From Dehalococcoidia bacterium (GTDB lineage Bacteria; Chloroflexota; Dehalococcoidia; Lucifugimonadales; UBA3495): a stretch of DNA of 64,000 bases. The stretch is from positions 1,593-65,592 of the forward strand of contig DAOULH010000025.1 of the NCBI GenBank assembly GCA_034420475.1, read 5' to 3'. Every line of letters begins with the position of its first letter. The stretch's first letter is position 1. Under the pieces are notes generated by a model, which worked only from the letters and a program-made list of their open reading frames with translations, was not told the origin of the DNA and searched no databases. Shown here in pieces: positions 63,630-64,000 of the stretch. A program made the translations under genes and the position numbers.

Positions 63630-64000
63630 CTAAAGCCTCTCGTCGTAGAGGTCTTCACGTCGCAGGCTCAAGTCTTCTGGCCATGGGCCCAAGGAACGGG
63701 CTGGCCACACTTCATCGAGACCGCGATTCCGGAAGGCCGGCGAATCCTTCCGCCAGAACAACACTGTCTCAGCCTCTATGTCAACTTTCGCCACCTTCCA
63801 TCCGGCGGCTAGGCAGGCCCTGACTTGATCAAACCCGCTGTCGTACCACCAGGGGCTGTATTCACGCGCCCACGGGGGTAATTTGAACCCGACAATGGCC
63901 TCGACTTGGCTGAAAGTGGCGCACCACTCGGATTCCGTAATCTTGCAGAGATGCTCGTACAGCTTGCGGTATTCGCCTTTTAGCGCGTGTTCCAGGTACA
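63630..64000 (-). CDS. partial CDS (5' end outside the window): putative antitoxin partner with a non-canonical N-terminal domain
   Basis: The minus frame is open to the window edge: ...YRKLYEHLCKITESEWCATFSQVEAIVGFKLPPWAREYSPWWYD...GWKVAKVD...PWPEDLSLRREDLYDERL, then a stop 8 nt before the vapC ATG. It is absent from the ORF track because it has no start in the window. Confidence 0.55.
   Translation of the reverse strand, partial: YLEHALKGEYRKLYEHLCKITESEWCATFSQVEAIVGFKLPPWAREYSPWWYDSGFDQVRACLAAGWKVAKVDIEAETVLFWRKDSPAFRNRGLDEVWPARSLGPWPEDLSLRREDLYDERL

Noticed and set aside
1-64000. Search by eye for CRISPR arrays, tRNA or tmRNA genes (possible att sites) and rRNA
   Set aside because: There are no regularly spaced short repeats, no GTTCGAATC-type T-arm with matching acceptor stems, and no rRNA-like conserved blocks. 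A tRNAscan/Infernal run is still advisable.

Overview
High-GC (roughly 60%) bacterial chromosomal window in two parts. The left ~40 kb (to 40397) is a mosaic accessory and defence island. It ends in a large serine recombinase gene whose 3' end overlaps the 3' end of dnaN. The island contains: (1) an RM islet with a GmrSD-like type IV enzyme, a ~1700-aa Type ISP-like Mrr-helicase-methylase fusion and a divergent beta-class methyltransferase, bracketed by copies of a structured terminator-ending repeat; (2) a 13-kb translationally coupled DISARM class-1-like operon (SNF2 DrmD-like, 1404-aa DrmMI-like methylase, and one 1821-aa helicase + DUF1998 + Vsr-like nuclease polypeptide). This operon has no PLD DrmC, carries a coupled papain-like ORF, and has a 13-nt homopolymer inside the methylase gene; (3) an HNH gene and an IS21 istB remnant between 90-bp direct repeats; (4) an 869-aa four-TM protein of unknown function, a solo Cas4-like nuclease and two tandem paralogous sigma-region-4/HARE-HTH-like proteins; (5) one decayed and one intact large serine recombinase. 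The right ~24 kb is mostly housekeeping and metabolic: dnaN, AlaX-like editing protein, hydantoinase A/B, family-5 UDG, thiolase, GMC oxidoreductase, GNAT, VOC, SDR and an NHL propeller. Small accessory modules are scattered through it: a Panacea-domain TA pair and a PIG-L deacetylase splitting hyuA from hyuB, four PaREP1/HEPN-like small genes, a type IIG RM enzyme with a fused C-terminal extension next to a retropepsin-like protease, a UGSC-type selenoprotein gene that the ORF track splits at an in-frame TGA, and a VapC module. I saw no rRNA, tRNA or CRISPR array. All domain calls come from motifs read by eye, not from database searches.
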